Part shown: positions 53,431 to 55,054 of the stretch, piece after piece | Layout: each line of letters opens with the position of its first letter | Position numbering within the stretch: the first letter of the stretch is position 1 | Origin: a virus | Lineage: Duplodnaviria > Caudoviricetes | Length of the DNA stretch: 55,054 nucleotides | Reading direction: 5' to 3' (one strand) | Virus record (IMG/VR): IMGVR_UViG_3300049454_000015 | Span: 1 to 55,054 of that record | Program-made: the position numbers and the translations under genes | Notes under the pieces: model-generated | The model's database searches: none | Told to the model about the DNA's origin: nothing | The model's input: only the letters and a program-made list of their open reading frames with translations

Positions 53431-54033
53431 TCAGGCCTCGCGCGCTGTGACGGTGCAGGTCCAGTTGTCGTTCTCGTCCTGCTCCACCTCGCCTCGGATC
53501 AGCCCCTGCCGCAGGCAGTACGCGTCGATGTCCTCGACGGTGAAGTCTCCGGCCACGGTCAGCCTGCGCTGTGACCCATCGGGGAACTCCGGCGGGCATA
53601 CGGTGCTGACGTGTATCGACGGGGCCTGCTCGTACACGGTCGAGTGCGCCTTCTGGGTCGGGCGTGGGTGCCGGGCCGGGCAGCTCGGGTCGATGCACGG
53701 GTCAGCGACGCACTCAGCGTCCGGGCAACCACCCTCGCGGTGCTCACGGAACGAATGACCGCACCAGTGGAGGGCCGCCGCGTCCGCGTCAGGCGTCAGG
53801 CCTTGAGCGGTGAGCGTCTCGAACTGTTCGCGCGAGATCACCACCACGTCAGCGTTCGCGGTTTCGTGGTCGCTTCGGTCCATCAAGTCGAGGATGGAGC
53901 CGACCAATATTCGGACGTTGCGGGTCTGGGCGGGGTTCGTGCCGTGCTGCATCCTGAGCAGAAGCTCCCGCAGTTTCATCCAACGGACGTCGCGCGGGTC
54001 CATCTGCGTTACGGCCGGCTGTTCGGTGGCCAT
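53431..54033 (-). CDS. hypothetical protein with central Cys/His cluster
   Basis: AGGGG RBS after cassette. Confidence 0.7.
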   Translation of the reverse strand: MATEQPAVTQMDPRDVRWMKLRELLLRMQHGTNPAQTRNVRILVGSILDLMDRSDHETANADVVVISREQFETLTAQGLTPDADAAALHWCGHSFREHREGGCPDAECVADPCIDPSCPARHPRPTQKAHSTVYEQAPSIHVSTVCPPEFPDGSQRRLTVAGDFTVEDIDAYCLRQGLIRGEVEQDENDNWTCTVTAREA

Positions 54034-54049
54034 TGTCGTTTTCCCCTTT

Positions 54050-54112
54050 GCCAGGTGGTTTTCGGTACAGGTGGAACGCTACGCCGGACCCGCAATCTTG
54101 TCAACAGTTTTT
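54050..54112 (-). promoter_or_regulatory. conserved promoter cassette
   Basis: AAAAACTGTTGACA-N17-TAGCGT-TCCACCTG...AACCACCTGGCAA. Confidence 0.85.
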
Positions 54113-54322
54113 GACTGGCGAGTGACCGGCACACTGGTCGTTGACGCTGCCCGTCTTGACCAGGACCCAACCCGTGTCCCGCTTGAACTCGATCACCTCG
54201 TCGCAGTACCCGCACAGGCGGCGCGAGCAGGCACTGCAGTACGCCTGCGCGCCCACCACCCACCAGTTGTGAAACCCAAGCTTGCAGCACATCAGGCTGA
54301 ACATCCGGTCAAGGGGCATCAC
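54101..54322 (-). CDS. small Cys-rich protein
   Basis: CKLGFHNW...CSAC...CGYC; stop lies inside the downstream TTGACA. Confidence 0.55.
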   Translation of the reverse strand: MMPLDRMFSLMCCKLGFHNWWVVGAQAYCSACSRRLCGYCDEVIEFKRDTGWVLVKTGSVNDQCAGHSPVKNC

Positions 54323-54448
54323 GATCCGCTGTCACCTCGGGGGTTGTCTGGGCCGGTCCGGATGCGCCAGCCGATACCGCGGCTGGCGGCCGCGAATTCG
54401 TCGTACTCGTCTTCCATTGCTACAGGGCTCCCCTGCGCTTGGCGCCAG

Positions 54449-54479
54449 CGGGGGGCCGGCCCCGTATTCCGGCCCCCCG
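54449..54479 (-). terminator. GC hairpin
   Basis: CGGGGGGCCGG/CCGGCCCCCCG just after the stop codon. Confidence 0.6.
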
Positions 54480-54486
54480 TGTTCGG

Positions 54487-54816
54487 TTACCCGCAGGTGC
54501 AGTGCAGGGGGTTCGCCAGCCAGTAGGCCAGGATCCCGGCGTGGCGCTGCTCGCGCTCCGCGGCGTTCGCCAGTAGGGTCCGCTGCTTCCGCTCGCTCAG
54601 GCTCTGCGCCCGGTTTCGGTCCCGGGCCACCTCGTCCACGTACTGCCCCATCATGTACCGGCGCGCGTAGGCCGGGCAGTTGAAGTGGAAGCTGTAGAGC
54701 CGGCCGTCGGTGGCGCAGCGGAACTCCCAGGTCCGGGAACAGTCGAACTGGATCTCCTCGACGTTCGAGGAACACTCGGGGAGCTGGTCTACTGCGGTCG
54801 CCGTGGTGGTGGTCAT
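54487..54816 (-). CDS. hypothetical protein
   Basis: GGAGG RBS after cassette. Confidence 0.7.
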   Translation of the reverse strand: MTTTTATAVDQLPECSSNVEEIQFDCSRTWEFRCATDGRLYSFHFNCPAYARRYMMGQYVDEVARDRNRAQSLSERKQRTLLANAAEREQRHAGILAYWLANPLHCTCG

Positions 54817-54834
54817 CTCTGCAGTCCTCCGTTT

Positions 54835-54893
54835 GCCAGGTGGTTCGACAAGGAAGACGCTACGCCCGACCCACCCTGTTGTCAACAGTTTTT
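54835..54893 (-). promoter_or_regulatory. conserved promoter cassette with palindrome
   Basis: AAAAACTGTTGACAACAG, N17 to TAGCGT, then AACCACCTGGCAA and GGAGG. Confidence 0.85.
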
Positions 54894-54964
54894 GTGTTGT
54901 CCGGGAAGTGGCCACTTTATGCTGACCGAGGACACATCGAGGCTCGACGGGGAAGCGACAGGAC

Positions 54965-55054
54965 GTGACCGAATCGCCGCAGGACGCCTACGACCGGGGT
55001 ACCGCAGCCGGGCAGATCGAGGCTCGTCTCACCAACCACGATCGCCACTTCGCT
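54965..55054 (+). CDS. partial ORF, truncated by window end
   Basis: AGGAC-GTG; VTESPQDAYDRGTAAGQIEARLTNHDRHFA. Confidence 0.45.
   Translation, partial: MTESPQDAYDRGTAAGQIEARLTNHDRHFA

Noticed and set aside
1-55054. Many long plus-strand ORFs in the track (e.g. 20297-21235, 22250-23551, 30511-32373, 42446-43879)
   Set aside because: Antisense shadows of clear minus-strand genes in high-GC DNA; no recognisable motifs
1-55054. Complete or circular genome
   Set aside because: No terminal repeat between the ends, and the last ORF is truncated, so absence of integrase or replication genes cannot be asserted for the whole genome

Overview
The window is a high-GC, gene-dense stretch of an actinobacterial (Streptomyces/Micromonospora-like) siphovirus or prophage, encoded almost entirely on the minus strand. 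A complete virion and lysis module runs from about 44.3 kb down to 15.5 kb: TerS, TerL, portal, an ADP-ribosyltransferase-MuF fusion, ClpP-type prohead protease, HK97-fold capsid, LamG/beta-helix accessory virion proteins, adaptor, two tail-tube paralogs, a tail chaperone with a -1 frameshift, tape measure, tail proteins, amidase, GH73 lysin and holins. It is flanked by early/accessory regions (0-15.5 kb and 44.3-55 kb) with a Cas4/RecB-like nuclease, an SSAP-like protein, SSB, HNH, RusA, a wHTH initiator-like protein, several HTH regulators, a secreted subtilisin and many small Cys-rich ORFs. I found no integrase, DNA polymerase, primase or terminal repeats, so the genome is probably incomplete. 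The most notable non-coding signals are: (1) a dispersed cassette AAACTGTTGACA-N17-TAGCGT...CCACCTGGC-RBS, whose leader box precedes about 12 early genes and which sometimes carries a covarying palindrome over the -35; (2) an 81-nt tRNA-like RNA without a D-stem upstream of the subtilisin gene; (3) an identical 43-bp palindromic element present twice, 30.5 kb apart; (4) a run of hairpins with CCCA(C) loops; (5) a pseudoknotted leader inside the structural operon. All family calls come from motif recognition only; no database searches were run. Many start codons were re-chosen from RBS or stop/start overlaps.
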